A stretch of 64,000 nt of DNA from Bacteroidales bacterium (GCA_016933335.1 JAFGBD010000025.1:65250-129249); one strand, 5' to 3'; shown: positions 10,162 to 20,577, numbered from the stretch's first letter. Notes: a model not told the origin generated them from the letters alone. Numbers and translations: made by a program.

Positions 10162-11199
10162 CTACCTTGACCGTATTTCCCTTCTCATGAATAAGATATA
10201 AGAGAAAATAAAGCATAACATGGTAAGTGCAATCAGGCCGGTTAACTGGGGCCATACGATCAAAAGACTTTGTCCAAATGGTAAAGCTCCCGGAATTGCT
10301 CCTGCAACCTGCCCGGTTGTTAATGGTCCCAGGCTACGGATATTTGGCATCAGTAATACAGATGTAATTTCACTGAAAAGTTCGTTTGGGATGATTTGAA
10401 CCAGTCCGAACTTCAGCTTTTCGAAAATGTAAACAGTGCGGGGTAAAGCATATTGAGATGGCCGGAGACCTTTAAGTATAATATTGATTAATAAAGGATA
10501 AAAAACTGTAAAAAACAACCAGACTGCAATACCTGACAGAGCAGAAGTGGCAGCCTGTTTAAATTTTACTGAAAAAAAGATTGATAAATTTAGCCAAAAT
10601 GAAACGTATACAATACTTAACACAGTGAAAGATACAATTCTTAAGAACTCTTCAGCAGTGGGTGGAATACCAAGGGCTATCAAACCTGCTCCGATTATCA
10701 GAAAGGCAAGGGTGAAAAACATGATAGCCAGCAATATCAGGCCTGCGACAAATTTTGCATTTAAAACGAAATCGCGCGGAATGGGCTGAGCCATTAACCT
10801 GCTGAGGGTGCCCCTGTTTTGCTCAGAGTTGATTGCATCGAATCCGAGGCTGATTCCCAGCAACGGACCCAAAAAGCCTACAAACACGAAAAATGGTGGT
10901 AATGTGCCATCAGAATGTGTAAACAGTTTCAGAAAAAAGAAACTGTTTTCACCCGTACTATTTTTTATGACTTCTGAAAAATTTGATAAAGATGAATAAA
11001 GCGAACCAAGGCAGGTGAGAAAAATGATAATCAGGAGTATTATAAACCTCCAGCTTCTGACACTATCGGTTATTTCCTTCTGAACCATAATCAGGAAAGG
11101 CCTTGAATCATATCCGCTGTTCCTTCTGTCTCGTTTGAAAAAGCCTTTTATTCGCGATAAATTAAAATATGTCTGAAGTTGTAAATGACCTGTTTTCAT
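10162..11199 (-). CDS. ABC-2 type transporter permease
   Basis: KEITD..RSWRF, GFDAINSEQNRGTLSRLMAQPIPR, multiple TM helices, FMRREIR end. Confidence 0.9.
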   Translation of the reverse strand: MKTGHLQLQTYFNLSRIKGFFKRDRRNSGYDSRPFLIMVQKEITDSVRSWRFIILLIIIFLTCLGSLYSSLSNFSEVIKNSTGENSFFFLKLFTHSDGTLPPFFVFVGFLGPLLGISLGFDAINSEQNRGTLSRLMAQPIPRDFVLNAKFVAGLILLAIMFFTLAFLIIGAGLIALGIPPTAEEFLRIVSFTVLSIVYVSFWLNLSIFFSVKFKQAATSALSGIAVWLFFTVFYPLLINIILKGLRPSQYALPRTVYIFEKLKFGLVQIIPNELFSEITSVLLMPNIRSLGPLTTGQVAGAIPGALPFGQSLLIVWPQLTGLIALTMLCFIFSYILFMRREIRSR

Positions 11200-11237
11200 T
11201 TTTTGATAACTGACAGCATAAGTATTAATAAATCATA

Positions 11238-12209
11238 CTATACAGGCGCAGAATCCTGAAAATACCGATGATATATTTCGTCCAATCCAAATACCTTCTT
11301 TTTCAGATAAGTTAGCCCAAATCCCAGACTTATAATATACCTCGATACATTGGCAGTAATATCAGTCACAGCTTCAATGAAGAAGTACGAATCTTTGATG
11401 GTTACTTTTATCACACCTTCCATCCTTTGTAATTCCTGCTGTAAATCATCTGCTGTTCTGTTATTAACTTTGCTCTCCGAACTGATGCTTTCAATTTCTC
11501 CCTCTATCAGGCAATTTCTGTCCGAAAACAAATGTTTTGACAGATTCTCAATATTGCCTTCAGCCAGCAGCCTGCCTTTCACAAATATGCCGACACGATC
11601 ACATACCTGCTGAACCTGGTGCAAAAGATGTGATGAAAAAAGAACGGTGATTCTTTCCTTCCTGCTCAGCTCAACAATTTGTTCGAGAAATTCTTTAACA
11701 CCTGATGGATCAATACCGATAGTTGGCTCATCGAGTATGATAACTTCAGGGTTTTTAATTAATACATCAGCAAGACCTAATCGCTGACGCATCCCACGGG
11801 AATATTTGCCAACCTTTTTATTCTTTTCTTCAGATAATCCTACTTTATCCATTAATTGTAAAGCCTTTATTCTGGCGTCAGATTTTGTAATGCCATTAAG
11901 TCGGGCTGTAAAGACAAGGTTTTCCAATCCGGAATAGTCTTCATAAAATCCTACATCTTCAGGCAGGTAACCGACCTTTTTTTTAACCTGGATGGGATTT
12001 CGGATGGGATCAATACCACAAACGCTCAGCTTACCTGAATTGGGTTCGGTTAAACCCATCAATACAAGTATGGTTGTGGATTTTCCTGCTCCGTTTGGTC
12101 CCAGCAGGCCAAAAACCTCCCCTTTACCAATGGAAAAACTAAGGCTATCAACAGCAACAAAATCACCATACCTCTTGGTTATGCCGGATACTTCGATAAT
12201 GTTGTCCAT
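11238..12209 (-). CDS. ABC transporter ATP-binding protein
   Basis: Walker A GPNGAGKST, signature YSRGMRQR, Walker B ILDEPT, SSH switch. Confidence 0.95.
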   Translation of the reverse strand: MDNIIEVSGITKRYGDFVAVDSLSFSIGKGEVFGLLGPNGAGKSTTILVLMGLTEPNSGKLSVCGIDPIRNPIQVKKKVGYLPEDVGFYEDYSGLENLVFTARLNGITKSDARIKALQLMDKVGLSEEKNKKVGKYSRGMRQRLGLADVLIKNPEVIILDEPTIGIDPSGVKEFLEQIVELSRKERITVLFSSHLLHQVQQVCDRVGIFVKGRLLAEGNIENLSKHLFSDRNCLIEGEIESISSESKVNNRTADDLQQELQRMEGVIKVTIKDSYFFIEAVTDITANVSRYIISLGFGLTYLKKKVFGLDEIYHRYFQDSAPV

Positions 12210-12212
12210 GTT

Positions 12213-13379
12213 TTACCTCCTTCCGTATTTTCTGTACAGATAGAAGATAATACCCAGTGTTGCAACAATAATAAAAATTCCAATCCATCCCCAAAGCAAC
12301 GGTGTCTTTACAGAAATTCTTAAAGATGCCTTTGATGATACCTCGTTTGTCTGGGCAGTAATTGTTGTAACATAATCACCTGGAATGGCCTTTTCGTATG
12401 CTTTTATGCTTGCAATCACCTGTGATGTTTCACCTGCTTTTAACTGTGGAAGTGTATCGGGTTTAAATGTTATTTCCCAGTTGACAGGATTAGATGACCT
12501 GAATACAATATTCTTAAGTTCACTGGAACCGGTATTGACAACAGCCAGTTCAATCCGTTTTGTATTTCCTGCAGTAATGTCATAACTTAGAAGACCTGAA
12601 GGGGTTGTGAGCTCCATATCGAAAGTGCCGGTAATAACAACCTCAAGATCCAGTGAAGCTGAAGATGAACGGTTTGATGCATGTACAGGTATTTTATAGT
12701 TGCCGGCCTCAGTATTGAAGGGCGGAGAAATATCAATTGTAACATTTGCAGTATTGTTGGGCTCTATCTCAACGGCTGTTGCCTGTTTGTAATTTGGTTT
12801 GAAAATAACGGTCCAGCCTTTGGGAGGAGAAGCCTGCAGAGAATATACCTGCTTTTCGCCGGTTTGATTTTTAAGCCTGGTAGTGAAACTGAAGTTTGAT
12901 TTGGCATGTCCCTGCATATTTATCTGTTCCGAAGTAAACTCCGTCTTAAAAGAACCCTGTGCCGAAACATTTATTACCAGTGGCAGTGCATCATAGTTTC
13001 TTGCGATAACCTTAAACTGATAATTCCCTTTATTTATGTTTAAAGGGATATCAATTTTCAAAGAAAGTGTTCTTTTCTCACCCGGTAATACCGAAACCTG
13101 TTTGATATTGAATCCCCCGGCTTTTAAAGTATACTCCCAATCCCCGGGCAAACCAGATATAAATATATCGACATTTCTGGTTTCGCTGCCGTTGTTTTTA
13201 ATATCGATGGAATAGTCGACAGATTCGCCGGGCGGAACCGAAATTTTTACATATGGCGTATACAGGCTGATCCCATCACCTGCAAAGGTTATTCCGCTTA
13301 CAGACATTAAAAGGGTAAGAAAGAAAGTGAAAAGAGCCTTAGAGCAAGACGCACGATTTTCCATAAAAAAACCCTCCAA
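12213..13379 (-). CDS. NEW3-like Ig-repeat membrane-anchored protein of the ABC operon
   Basis: Signal peptide, three Ig-like repeats (GLPGDW, PPKGW, NPVNWEITF; G(N/D)Y motifs), C-terminal TM plus RKYGRR; 3-nt gap to the ATPase gene. Confidence 0.8.
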   Translation of the reverse strand: MEGFFMENRASCSKALFTFFLTLLMSVSGITFAGDGISLYTPYVKISVPPGESVDYSIDIKNNGSETRNVDIFISGLPGDWEYTLKAGGFNIKQVSVLPGEKRTLSLKIDIPLNINKGNYQFKVIARNYDALPLVINVSAQGSFKTEFTSEQINMQGHAKSNFSFTTRLKNQTGEKQVYSLQASPPKGWTVIFKPNYKQATAVEIEPNNTANVTIDISPPFNTEAGNYKIPVHASNRSSSASLDLEVVITGTFDMELTTPSGLLSYDITAGNTKRIELAVVNTGSSELKNIVFRSSNPVNWEITFKPDTLPQLKAGETSQVIASIKAYEKAIPGDYVTTITAQTNEVSSKASLRISVKTPLLWGWIGIFIIVATLGIIFYLYRKYGRR

Positions 13380-13554
13380 TTTTTAAATGATAAACAGTAC
13401 GGTCTGCAAAAATATAATCTGGAATTAAATAATAAAAGTCCCTGCCAGGCATCTGGTCATAAATCACATCTGTTTATTAATACTAAATTATTATTATTCA
13501 GTGTTTTATATAGAATCGTTAAAAAATTATAAAAGTGCTCTCTTCAAGCTGGTC

Positions 13555-13585
13555 ACAATTCAATACACGGATTTGACAACTCAAT
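13555..13585 (+). promoter_or_regulatory. Putative LytTR-binding direct repeat
   Basis: ACAATTCAAT (13555-13564) and ACAACTCAAT (13576-13585), period 21 bp, upstream of the operon that encodes a LytTR regulator. Confidence 0.6.
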
Positions 13586-13627
13586 GCTTTATATTTTAAT
13601 ATTAGCAGACTTTTTCCCAGTTTTGAA

Positions 13628-15337
13628 ATGAATTTAATACTGTTAGACATGAAAATAAATACACAACGATTTTATTCAGTCCTTTTTACTTTAGCTCTTT
13701 TATTTATCAGCCAGTTTGGTAATGCCGGAGAACCGGGAGGAGAAATTCTGATTAATGATGATCATAAACTCATCATAATAAATAAGCCGTACTCATCCTA
13801 TCATATAAATTTTGAAGGGAAGATTACTTTGTCAAAGGATGATAAATCTGTTTTGTCCATTTCTCCCGGCGGTTTTCTGGAGATAAGCAGGGCTTCATTT
13901 GGAAATACCCGCAAAATAGAAATTACTTCAGACAAGCACGGTAACTTAAGCAGCAAGTACTATGAGGGCAGGAGCGAGGCAGATTTTGACCCTGATGGCA
14001 AAAAATGGCTCGCCGACATCCTGCCTCTTGTTGTCAGGCAGACAGGAATTGGTGCTGAAAGCAGAATTGCGAGAATATATAGTAACAAAGGGATTAACGG
14101 ACTAATTAATGAAGTCGATGAAATAAACTCTGAATCATCATCTGTAAGGAATCTTTATTTTGTTATCATGGTCGATCAGATTGGATTTAATGATGATGAA
14201 CTTAAGTCATTGATTCCGGAATTGAGAACAATCGAGTCGAACAGCACAAAAGGTACGCTATTGAGAGAGATTCTCTATAAGTACAGACTTTCATCAAACC
14301 TTCAGCGTGAACTGTTGGAAACCACCCGAACCCTTGATTATAATACTGAAAGAGGATCGGTTTTAAGAGTACTGAACCCTGACCTGATTGAGGATGAAGA
14401 TGTGATTGACGCATACTTCGATATTATTGACGAGATGTCGATTAATTCAGAAAAAGGTAATGTCCTGAAGCATTTATTGAGTGTTAAAAAGATCAGGAAT
14501 GAAACCTATATGCCTTTTTTTGAATCGGTCTCAAGATTTTCAAGCGAACGGGAAAAAGGATCTGTATTGCTCTACACAACAAAGTTTCTGCCGGAGGATA
14601 AACGTGTTATTGACAAATTCAATGAGGTTGTTAATAATATGAGCTCACCCTATTATATCTTAAAGGGTGAAATATTGAATACCTTGTTGAAAGCGCGATC
14701 AGAATCCACAACTGAAATTAAAAACAAGCAGATTGTATTAAATCTTCTTAATACTGCTGCCGATTATGAATCAAACAGTCAAAAAGCCCTGACTTTAAGA
14801 AATGTCAACCGATCCTTTATCCATGACAGAGAGATATTGGACGCCTATTTCAGGGTTCTTTATTCGGTTTCAAGTGAGCTGGAAGCTTATAACATACTTC
14901 TGGATCTCATACGCAAAAACGAACTAACGGAAAGTGTTTACAAAGATATACTGGATTACGTGGAGGAATTGATCTCAAGGGATTATCAGCATGCAGCCGG
15001 CGCTGTCTTAAGGGAGTGCATCGGTAAAATGCCTTATACCGATGATTTGCTCGGGGCATTTTTCAGTGCACTTCAGGAAATGGACCAGAACTCGACCATC
15101 GAAGAGATTCTGAGGTTATTACTTTCTGAAACCAGACTGCAGGGAAACGACTATGTTCTCACACAATCAATTGAATCTTTAGACAGAATGAGCGTTGATA
15201 TCGAAAAGAAAGTTATACTCCTGCGTGCCAGGCCTTTCGTATTAAAACAAAAAGGTGAGTCGTTGTATGCTTATAAAAGCATTGCAAAAGAAATGGAATC
15301 GGAGTATCTTCGAAGAACAGTGCTTGAAGGCTTATAG
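13628..15337 (+). CDS. Secreted protein with N-terminal beta domain and ~12 alpha-helical ~35-aa repeats
   Basis: Signal peptide (start may be 13649); repeats such as IESNSTKGTLLREIL, MSINSEKGNVLKHLL, FSSEREKGSVLL and MESEYLRRTVL. Confidence 0.75.
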   Translation: MNLILLDMKINTQRFYSVLFTLALLFISQFGNAGEPGGEILINDDHKLIIINKPYSSYHINFEGKITLSKDDKSVLSISPGGFLEISRASFGNTRKIEITSDKHGNLSSKYYEGRSEADFDPDGKKWLADILPLVVRQTGIGAESRIARIYSNKGINGLINEVDEINSESSSVRNLYFVIMVDQIGFNDDELKSLIPELRTIESNSTKGTLLREILYKYRLSSNLQRELLETTRTLDYNTERGSVLRVLNPDLIEDEDVIDAYFDIIDEMSINSEKGNVLKHLLSVKKIRNETYMPFFESVSRFSSEREKGSVLLYTTKFLPEDKRVIDKFNEVVNNMSSPYYILKGEILNTLLKARSESTTEIKNKQIVLNLLNTAADYESNSQKALTLRNVNRSFIHDREILDAYFRVLYSVSSELEAYNILLDLIRKNELTESVYKDILDYVEELISRDYQHAAGAVLRECIGKMPYTDDLLGAFFSALQEMDQNSTIEEILRLLLSETRLQGNDYVLTQSIESLDRMSVDIEKKVILLRARPFVLKQKGESLYAYKSIAKEMESEYLRRTVLEGL

Positions 15338-15391
15338 ATTGTTCAAAACTCAAAAGGGTTCTGATTATATTTTATAATATTTATTAACAGC

Positions 15392-16495
15392 GTGATTTTG
15401 AGAAAGCAGATATCCATTATTGTTATCTCAGTCATCATTACATCAGGGCTCTATTTCTTTTTGCTTCTTAGTGAAGCTGACAAGCTACCTGTCTTTCATG
15501 AACTTATCGATTCATTACTATGGAGCTCCTTTTCTGTATTTGCGACCATACAAAGTCTGATATGGATTAGTAAACAGCTTAATTCTCTCTTACCCTGGAA
15601 AGTATCATTTGGACGAAGGTTTATTACCGGCTTTTTAGCCAATGTTATTGTTAGTTTTATAATACTTGGATTACTTCAATATTTATACTTAAAAATATTT
15701 AATAAGGATTACATCCTTAAAAACCTGTTTGATACATATTATGACGCCTTTTGGAAAATAATTATTCTGGTTTGTTTTTTACTTTTTATTTACACAATAA
15801 TTGACTTGTTGATATATGCTTATTATCAGTATGCCAAAGAGCAGGTTGAGGCAATTAAAACCCATACAAAACAGCTGGAGCTTCAGTATCAAACACTGAA
15901 AAATCAACTGACACCACATTTTTTATTTAATTCATTAAACGCTATACCATCACTTTTATACCAGGATATTGAGAAAACCGATCTGTTTATAAGGTCTTTG
16001 GCAACATCTTACAAAAAAATTCTTGATTCAATTCAATTTAATCTTATAACTGTAGCCGAAGAGTTAACGATTGTCAGGATGTATAAGTATTTAATGGAGG
16101 TGAGATTTCCGGAAGCCTTACAAATTGAAGTTGATATAAATGAAATTGTCTGTCAGACACTTATTCCTCCGTTAAGCATTCAACTGCTGGTTGAAAATGC
16201 AATTAAACATAATGAACTAAGTATTGAAAATCCACTAAGGATTGAGATCAGGGTGTATGAAAATGATTATATACTGGTTAAAAACAACTGCATTAAAAAG
16301 AGCTATTATGTTAAAATAGATAATCAGATAATTAAGGATCCGGAAGAAAATACAACAATGATAGGACTAAACAATATACTAAGCCGGTATGGCTACTTTT
16401 CTGGCAGAAAAATTCAAATTCATCGCAACGAAACATTTGAAGTATTCTTACCAATTCTGGATAAAACAGATGCAAAAAGGAATATTTTTACATAA
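15392..16495 (+). CDS. LytS/YehU-like sensor histidine kinase (His_kinase family)
   Basis: Four TM helices; LKNQLTPHFLFNSLN H-box, PPLSIQLLVENAIKHN N-box, IGLNNI G-box. Confidence 0.9.
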   Translation: MILRKQISIIVISVIITSGLYFFLLLSEADKLPVFHELIDSLLWSSFSVFATIQSLIWISKQLNSLLPWKVSFGRRFITGFLANVIVSFIILGLLQYLYLKIFNKDYILKNLFDTYYDAFWKIIILVCFLLFIYTIIDLLIYAYYQYAKEQVEAIKTHTKQLELQYQTLKNQLTPHFLFNSLNAIPSLLYQDIEKTDLFIRSLATSYKKILDSIQFNLITVAEELTIVRMYKYLMEVRFPEALQIEVDINEIVCQTLIPPLSIQLLVENAIKHNELSIENPLRIEIRVYENDYILVKNNCIKKSYYVKIDNQIIKDPEENTTMIGLNNILSRYGYFSGRKIQIHRNETFEVFLPILDKTDAKRNIFT

Positions 16496-17534
16496 TATAT
16501 GGTTCAGAATAACTGCACCGGTAGTGGCTGGATTTTTAGCCTACCTGCTGGTTTTACTCTTTTTTGATAGTTTAACCAATCTGTCAGAAAACATTCTTGG
16601 CCAGGAATTACTTTTTACAGTTTTACTATCCTGTGTTTTTTTTGAAGGACAACATTTACTTCTGGCAAAAATCTCAAATCTAAAATCCTATACAGAATCT
16701 ATAGAAAAAACGGTGTTTCTGCAGATTTCATCCGGACTGGCTGTTACCGTTTTCATTGTGTCCGGTGTTATGGGCTTCTATTTTAGTATTATTTTGGGTT
16801 ACAGCAAATTTGTCAGAGAGCTGCTTGTATTTAATTCAATATTCATCGTTTTTTCAATTGTATATCACCTGGTTTATTTCAGTATTATACTGTTACAGTT
16901 TAAAAATGAAGATGCAATTGCAAAAGAGATTAAAAACAGGGATGCTGTTCTTTCTGAACTTCAGGCATTTCAAAATGACCTGCGACCGGAAATTTTTTAT
17001 AGTAGCTTTGAATCGTTGTTGATTCTGGTTCATACTGATAAAAGGCGTTCAGAAAAATATTTATCGGTGTTTTCTGAAGTTTACAGATACATTTTAGATG
17101 CAAAGCGAACAGAACTTGTGGAGATGCAAGATGAAATTAAACACCTGAAAAACCTGATTTTTCTTCTGAATCATCAGTATAATAACGATATTTCCGTATC
17201 CTTTTCGGCCATGAATAATCAGTATATGAATAAGATTGTTCCCTGTACGCTTCAGGTTATTTTAGAGTATATAATAAGTGAAAATATTGTAAATAAAGAA
17301 ATACCTTTAAACATAGAATTATCAGCATCTGATGGAGTTTTAATGATCAAATACGATTCTGTACTTAAACTTAATGCAACAAATAATTTAAAGGAGATTA
17401 ATGACTACAGCAGGAAACTGGAATACTTTACAGGAAACTGCATAAAGCACGGAGTTACTTCAGATAATGGCAAAATTATTCAGGTACCACTCATTTCAGG
17501 AGAAATAGTTGAAGCTACAGATGAAGAGATTTAA
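16470..17534 (+). CDS. Degenerate LytS-like kinase paralogue (probable pseudokinase)
   Basis: Start ATG 16470 (MQKGIF) overlaps the previous gene; 4 TMs; the H-box reads NDLRPEIFYSSFESL (His replaced by Glu), the N-box reads LQVILEYIISEN, and there is no GxGL. Confidence 0.8.
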   Translation: MQKGIFLHNIWFRITAPVVAGFLAYLLVLLFFDSLTNLSENILGQELLFTVLLSCVFFEGQHLLLAKISNLKSYTESIEKTVFLQISSGLAVTVFIVSGVMGFYFSIILGYSKFVRELLVFNSIFIVFSIVYHLVYFSIILLQFKNEDAIAKEIKNRDAVLSELQAFQNDLRPEIFYSSFESLLILVHTDKRRSEKYLSVFSEVYRYILDAKRTELVEMQDEIKHLKNLIFLLNHQYNNDISVSFSAMNNQYMNKIVPCTLQVILEYIISENIVNKEIPLNIELSASDGVLMIKYDSVLKLNATNNLKEINDYSRKLEYFTGNCIKHGVTSDNGKIIQVPLISGEIVEATDEEI

Positions 17535-17557
17535 AATATCAGCTAAAAACAATAAAT

Positions 17558-18343
17558 GTGAAAATACTTATTATTGAAGATGAAAAGCCTGCTTCAGACT
17601 TGTTGATAAAACACCTGAAGTATTATAGTCCTGATATTGAAATTCTGGGGATTTTACGAAGCGTTAAAGAATCAGTTGAATGGCTGAATAAGAAGGAAAA
17701 CAGGGCAAATCTTATCATTATGGACATCATGCTAACTGACGGACTCAGTTTTGAAATCTTCAATCAGGTAAAAATCAATACTCCGGTTTTATTCACCACA
17801 GCTTATGATAAATATGCACTTAATGCTTTTAAAGTAAATAGTATTGATTACCTGTTGAAACCAATCAGTTATAATGACCTCTATAACAGCCTTGAAAAGT
17901 ACAATAATTTCAAAGAAAGCATACTGGGGACGAAAGAAAGGCTTCAGTACGAAGAGCTGGACCGTTTATTAAGCCGTCTGAAAAAAGATTATAAAAATCG
18001 TTTTATGATAAAGGTTGGTGAGCATATAAAATCTATCAAAGCTGATAAAATAGCGTTTTTTTATGCCGAGGGCAGAGATGTATCACTGGTCACATCCAAC
18101 TTCAGAGAATATATCATTAATTATAAACTTGAAGAACTTGAAGAACTTCTTGATCCGGCTTTATTTTTTAGAATTAACCGGACATTTATAGTGAATATTG
18201 ATGCAATTGAAGATGTTACAGCATATACAAACAGCAGGTTAGAGGTAAAGCTCAGTAAACCATTTCCAAAAGAACTTATAGTCAGCCGTGAAAAAGTTAG
18301 CGAATTTAAATACTGGTTCAACGGAGAAATCGAGCCTTTGTAG
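17558..18343 (+). CDS. LytTR-family response regulator
   Basis: IIEDE, MDIML.DG, FTTAY, DYLLKP receiver domain; FFRINR and VSREKV LytTR domain. Confidence 0.95.
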   Translation: MKILIIEDEKPASDLLIKHLKYYSPDIEILGILRSVKESVEWLNKKENRANLIIMDIMLTDGLSFEIFNQVKINTPVLFTTAYDKYALNAFKVNSIDYLLKPISYNDLYNSLEKYNNFKESILGTKERLQYEELDRLLSRLKKDYKNRFMIKVGEHIKSIKADKIAFFYAEGRDVSLVTSNFREYIINYKLEELEELLDPALFFRINRTFIVNIDAIEDVTAYTNSRLEVKLSKPFPKELIVSREKVSEFKYWFNGEIEPL

Positions 18344-18549
18344 AACAATTCTCTGAAAGTTACAATTCATCCATAATGATTTAGTTTTTACAAGGAAGAC
18401 AGTAGTTTGTTTTACGAGGCAGAAAGTAATCTTTGCTGGTATATCAGGATTTCAATATAACCGGGTAATAAACACCGCTTTATTTATCAGTTGATTTTTA
18501 CCGATTGAAATATTATCCATCAGATGCATCAGGCAACTAAAGTAATTCA

Positions 18550-20577
18550 TTAATAACAGGTTTTCCGGACTTTTTCACTATAAATAGCGTATTTTGTTTT
18601 CAATCTGTAAATATAAAGCCCAACAGGGATAACAGCGTTTTCCCAGCTTATTTCATTTATACCCTGATCCAGATATCCGTCAAAAACAACATCTATTAGC
18701 TGACCTTGTATGTTATAAACCGAAAGGTTGATTTTTTCATTTGCCATGTTACTGTTTATTTTAAAAACTGTTTTATGAGTAAAAGGATTCGGATAGCACT
18801 CAACGGTAATTTTAGATATCAGGTTCAGAATATTGGTAAATACCGGTGTCAAAGAATTTCCTGCTTCCAGCTTAATAAAGTCGTACATGAGACCGCCCCT
18901 TGATCCGACACTTATCATTTTAAATTTAACTGTATTCTGACCAATGAGCAGATCAGAGGCTGGAAATGACAGTGTTTTAACCTGGTGCCTGCCGCCTGAA
19001 ACAGCACTTCTGTAAACAGCCCCGTCATTTCCAAATGACCATGTGGTCTTTTTATTATCATTTATATACACCTCAACATTTGGATTGCTTGATGCCCCGG
19101 CAATAGAAACTGTTAAAGCAGCATTTCCCGTATATGACATATCACAATTGAATAATACTGTCCAGGTGCCTGTTTTTGTTTGGGCATAATACCAGTCAGT
19201 CTGAGGGGAGGAAGTACCAATGGTATATGTAAGACTTGCCGGTGGTAAATCGTACAAACCATAGGCACGAAGTGAATCGCTTATGTTAAAACCCTTTGTC
19301 AAACGGTCGCTTTCTCCTATCTGCCATAGCATATGCTCGTATTTCACAGGTGCCCGGTTGATATTGCCCAAATCCGTTTCGCTGTCAGACACATTGATCT
19401 CCGTGCTATAAATACCGGTAACCTCACCTGCGGTTGCATAGGCGTATAAAGTGTAAGAACCTGGTCTGACATGGTTTATGGTAAAACTTCCATCATCGTC
19501 TGTTTTTGACCAAAACAAGTAATCTTTACCCTGATCGTATATATCGATATCAGGTTGCGCAAGAACCACCTGTGTTTTGTCAGGTGAAAGCCCGTAAGGA
19601 AGATATATTTTACCTTTGACTTTTGTCCTTTGTAAAGGATAAAGTTCATTTTCAAGCCACTGGAATGGCCATAGGGATATTTGTGCTGAAGCCTGATTCT
19701 TAGCATTTTCTATCATTGCATGATGTGAATCTCCTGAATTCACATATATGAAAAAGGGGCCATAGATTTTTTCATCCCCCTCTATATAAACCTGGGCTGC
19801 GGCTCCAAAATGTTCACCTTGCAACATTTGCAATACCAGGGGAGTTTTATTGGTGGTATGTACGGTCAGTTCCTGCTTCATTGGTCCGCCATTCATAAAC
19901 TCATTGCTTGGTGCAATGGCCCATACACCTTCATTTTCGGACATAATTCCATGTACACTGTCTGCCACAATATAATTTGCCCAGTCATATTTTGTATAAA
20001 TTGATCCATCGGGCAAGGGGTAGGTTGCATCCATAATTGCCAGGTCATTTACCTCTTTCATGGTCTCTACCGATGGTAACCAACCTTGCATTTCATCTGT
20101 TACATAGCCATAGGTAAACAAAGACGGGCTTACCCTGTAGACCACACGCATTTCGCGGAGCTTAATCGCAGTTGAAGTACCTTTTAAAATAATATAACAA
20201 TAAATACCGCTTATTCCTTTAAGCATTATATAGGCTTGTTCAATGTTTAAGGTACCTGTGCTATTGGAATATACAACCTCGGCATAATCACCGGTTTGTT
20301 TTTCAATCCTGACACTGTTCGGGCTTAATTCTTTATAGCTGTCCTGGTCGTTGTAACTAAAATAGAACCGCCCGCCATTTGACGCATCTATCAAATCTTT
20401 ATCATTATAAAACAAGGAATTAACCTGTCCTTTACTGTTGATGGAAATTGAAATGATACCATTACTCATGGAGGCTGTCCGGCTGACGGCATCAACTGAT
20501 ACGGAGACGTTATCCTGTGAGACCAAAGGTACTGAACCAATAAAGATAAAGAATAAAATAAGCCTTATTCTGAACAT
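18550..20577 (-). CDS. PL4 rhamnogalacturonan endolyase with T9SS CTD
   Basis: YTKYDW, SNEFMNGGPMKQELTVH, KIYGPFFIYVN, FTINHVRPGSYTLYA, LWQIG..DR...F, YTIGTS..DWYYAQ, MYDFIKLE; CTD YPNPF...GLYIYRL. Confidence 0.88.
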   Translation of the reverse strand: MFRIRLILFFIFIGSVPLVSQDNVSVSVDAVSRTASMSNGIISISINSKGQVNSLFYNDKDLIDASNGGRFYFSYNDQDSYKELSPNSVRIEKQTGDYAEVVYSNSTGTLNIEQAYIMLKGISGIYCYIILKGTSTAIKLREMRVVYRVSPSLFTYGYVTDEMQGWLPSVETMKEVNDLAIMDATYPLPDGSIYTKYDWANYIVADSVHGIMSENEGVWAIAPSNEFMNGGPMKQELTVHTTNKTPLVLQMLQGEHFGAAAQVYIEGDEKIYGPFFIYVNSGDSHHAMIENAKNQASAQISLWPFQWLENELYPLQRTKVKGKIYLPYGLSPDKTQVVLAQPDIDIYDQGKDYLFWSKTDDDGSFTINHVRPGSYTLYAYATAGEVTGIYSTEINVSDSETDLGNINRAPVKYEHMLWQIGESDRLTKGFNISDSLRAYGLYDLPPASLTYTIGTSSPQTDWYYAQTKTGTWTVLFNCDMSYTGNAALTVSIAGASSNPNVEVYINDNKKTTWSFGNDGAVYRSAVSGGRHQVKTLSFPASDLLIGQNTVKFKMISVGSRGGLMYDFIKLEAGNSLTPVFTNILNLISKITVECYPNPFTHKTVFKINSNMANEKINLSVYNIQGQLIDVVFDGYLDQGINEISWENAVIPVGLYIYRLKTKYAIYSEKVRKTCY

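Noticed and set aside
18345-18370. Second LytTR site (ACAATTC twice) after the regulator
   Set aside because: The period is 17 bp rather than 21-22 bp, and no gene follows on that strand; at most a decayed site.
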